Assembly (NCBI GenBank): GCA_043228905.1
Contig: JBHGNT010000018.1
Coordinates: forward strand, 6,510,001 to 6,574,000
DNA length: 64,000 nucleotides
Direction of reading: 5' to 3'
Source: Azolla caroliniana
Taxonomy: Eukaryota; Plantae; Polypodiophyta
A model generated the notes under the pieces. That model ran no database searches. It had not been told where the DNA came from and saw only the letters and a list, made by a program, of their open reading frames with translations. Both the position numbers and the translations under genes were made by a program. This document shows, piece after piece, positions 62,201 through 64,000 of the stretch; the stretch's first letter is position 1; each line of letters begins with the position of its first letter.

Positions 62201-63821
62201 ACTATGGTCACAAGCAGTTTTCACCACTCATCTAGGAGAGTTGTACTACAATCCCCCAATTAGAATGCATCAATGCGACATGCATATTGAAAACAAACGA
62301 TATGGTATGTGTGTTGGCATGGTTGTAGGTGAACCAACAAAGTAGCTGATTTGTCTTCTACACGTAATCCACAAGCAATGCAACGTCTGGTTCTCCTTCA
62401 TTTGGTAAGGGAGCAAGAATGTTCAGGTTCAATTCTTATCTGCTCCTTACCATCCCCTCCACAAAATGTAGCTGCTTCTTAAGGCAATTGACTACCTGTT
62501 CTTGACAGGAGTATTGTTCCTTCAACGCAGCCGAGAAATTTACCGATTAATTATTCCTTAATAAGGAAGGTACAACAACAAGAAACAAGAATCATTAACT
62601 TACTTGTAGCTTGTCTAAATTGTAATTAGCGACAGTATTTACACCTAGAAGGTCCAGGTTCATTGAAAGAACCTAGATCTCTGTCTGCAGTTGAATTTTC
62701 CGCTGGGGATCCAGCAACCCCTCAATTTCAAGCTCATGTTGAGCAACCTGTTCCAAATAATGCCTCAGTAGCACATTTTCATGTACAAGTTATTTATAAC
62801 ATATTACATACTAGCAAAACAATAGGTACCTAAATCTTATTTATGATTGTTGTAACTGCCAAAGTGACTTTGCTCTCCATCGCAACAGCCAATGTTGCTT
62901 TCTCTAGGCACTTTATATACTGACCTTGCCTTTCACTCTAGGCACTTTATGTACTGACATCCAGTCTACATCACTAATCAATCTATCTATTAGAATAGCA
63001 GGGTCAATACCCTCGAGCGACAGACCATATATGTTGTGAAAGTCCTCCTTTCTCTCGCAAAATTTTGCAAAGTTTAACAGTCTAGGGTAGGGAGGAACGA
63101 GCCACCTGAAATAGACAATCAATAATCAAAATTGGTGCTAAAAAAGAATTTTTAATGTGAATTTGGGGCAAAATTACAACACTTTGAGATAGTAATCTAA
63201 AATTTGTAATCTGTCCTTTTCAACATGTATAAGAAATCAACCACTTAAAAACTCAGAAACCCTAATTAGAATTTGTCATGAGAATTGATGCAAAATTACA
63301 ACACATTGCGATAGTAATCAAAAATTTGTAACCAGAAACTTGTAATCTAAAATTTGTAATCAGAAACCCTAAACCACTTAAGGGAAACACAAACCCTAAT
63401 CATCACTACGAAATCAACCGTACTACGAAATTTTGTCAATCAGAAACACACCTGCTGCTACACCCCGATCTTCGAGACATCCTTGTTTGGGACTCCAACG
63501 ATTTCGCCCTATTCGATTTTTGAGAAAGATGAACAGGCACCAAAGTTACAGACAGTTATCATAAACGAAAAAAAGAAGTTTTTTTAATATGTAACTGATA
63601 CATACTTGGACAAGGCTCAACTAGGCCCTGTTGTAGCTCTGAAGGTCCAATGTCGATCTTAGAGTTTTTGTGCTGCTACAAGAGTTTCATCTGCATTCAT
63701 GCTCAGAGTACTCCATCTGTTTGGAGTTCGAACTCGAACTCAGGATTATCAAGAATTTGATGACATTCAAGTCGCTTAGATGATGGCACTATTCCCCATG
63801 TTCCACTACGTAAGAAACCAA

Positions 63822-64000
63822 AGTTCAAATAAGGTAACCCCAGATTGGAAGGTTACACGGATTCAAACATGTTGTCTGATGCAAATACTAGTCGATCCAC
63901 ATCCGGATACGTATGTAGGGGGAGCTATCTCGTGGCAATCGAGGTTGCAAAAGGTCGTGGCATTGTAGACCACTAAAGCCGAGTACATGGCCGTAGCGGA
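63822..64000 (+). mobile_element. Tork/Tnt1-like Copia RNase H start
   Basis: GNPRLEGYTDSNM..TSRSTSGY..GGAISWQSRLQKVVAL*TTKAEYMAVA; compare 35890-36065. Confidence 0.9.

Noticed and set aside
62300-63122. Intact host gene exons
   Set aside because: Exon-like pieces contain stops and a small duplication, with no recognisable domain; mentioned only as part of the scaffold hypothesis
63250-63415. Telomeric repeats or a CACTA terminus
   Set aside because: AAACCCT copies are isolated (telo-box-like); CACTACG near 63404 has no matching inverted end that I could find

Overview
Eukaryotic, transposon-saturated land-plant DNA, probably a non-seed plant such as a fern, lycophyte or bryophyte (inference only). 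I found no intact host gene. The window is a stack of nested retroelements whose ends can be read from TG..CA LTRs, PBS, PPT and target-site duplications (TSDs). (1) Positions 1-20.7 kb hold a full-length but decayed Copia (126-5803, TSD GATTT) inside a minus-strand LINE, followed by scrambled L1 and Copia debris. (2) Positions 20.8-22.4 kb hold a decayed Sola-like DDD transposase facing a degenerate minus-strand gene. (3) That gene is split by a four-deep LTR nest: Copia-B 23295-52030 > Athila-like Gypsy 23619-49965 > chromoviral Gypsy 24959-37766 > intact Tork/Tnt1-like Copia 31604-37057. (4) Further right lie another Copia-B (52473-57998), a palindromic satellite, a 5S-rRNA-bearing Cassandra-like insert and a mini-Copia (59110-61479). 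The most unusual observations are: a Gypsy element with a SECOND retropepsin in frame downstream of integrase, plus extra 3' ORFs behind a splice acceptor; a Copia family whose Pol reads through the ancestral PPT into a conserved charged tail of about 180-210 aa ending at a second PPT; a Sola-type transposase in a plant; and strong CCGG enrichment in the one intact Copia. All counts were made by eye and no database search was run.
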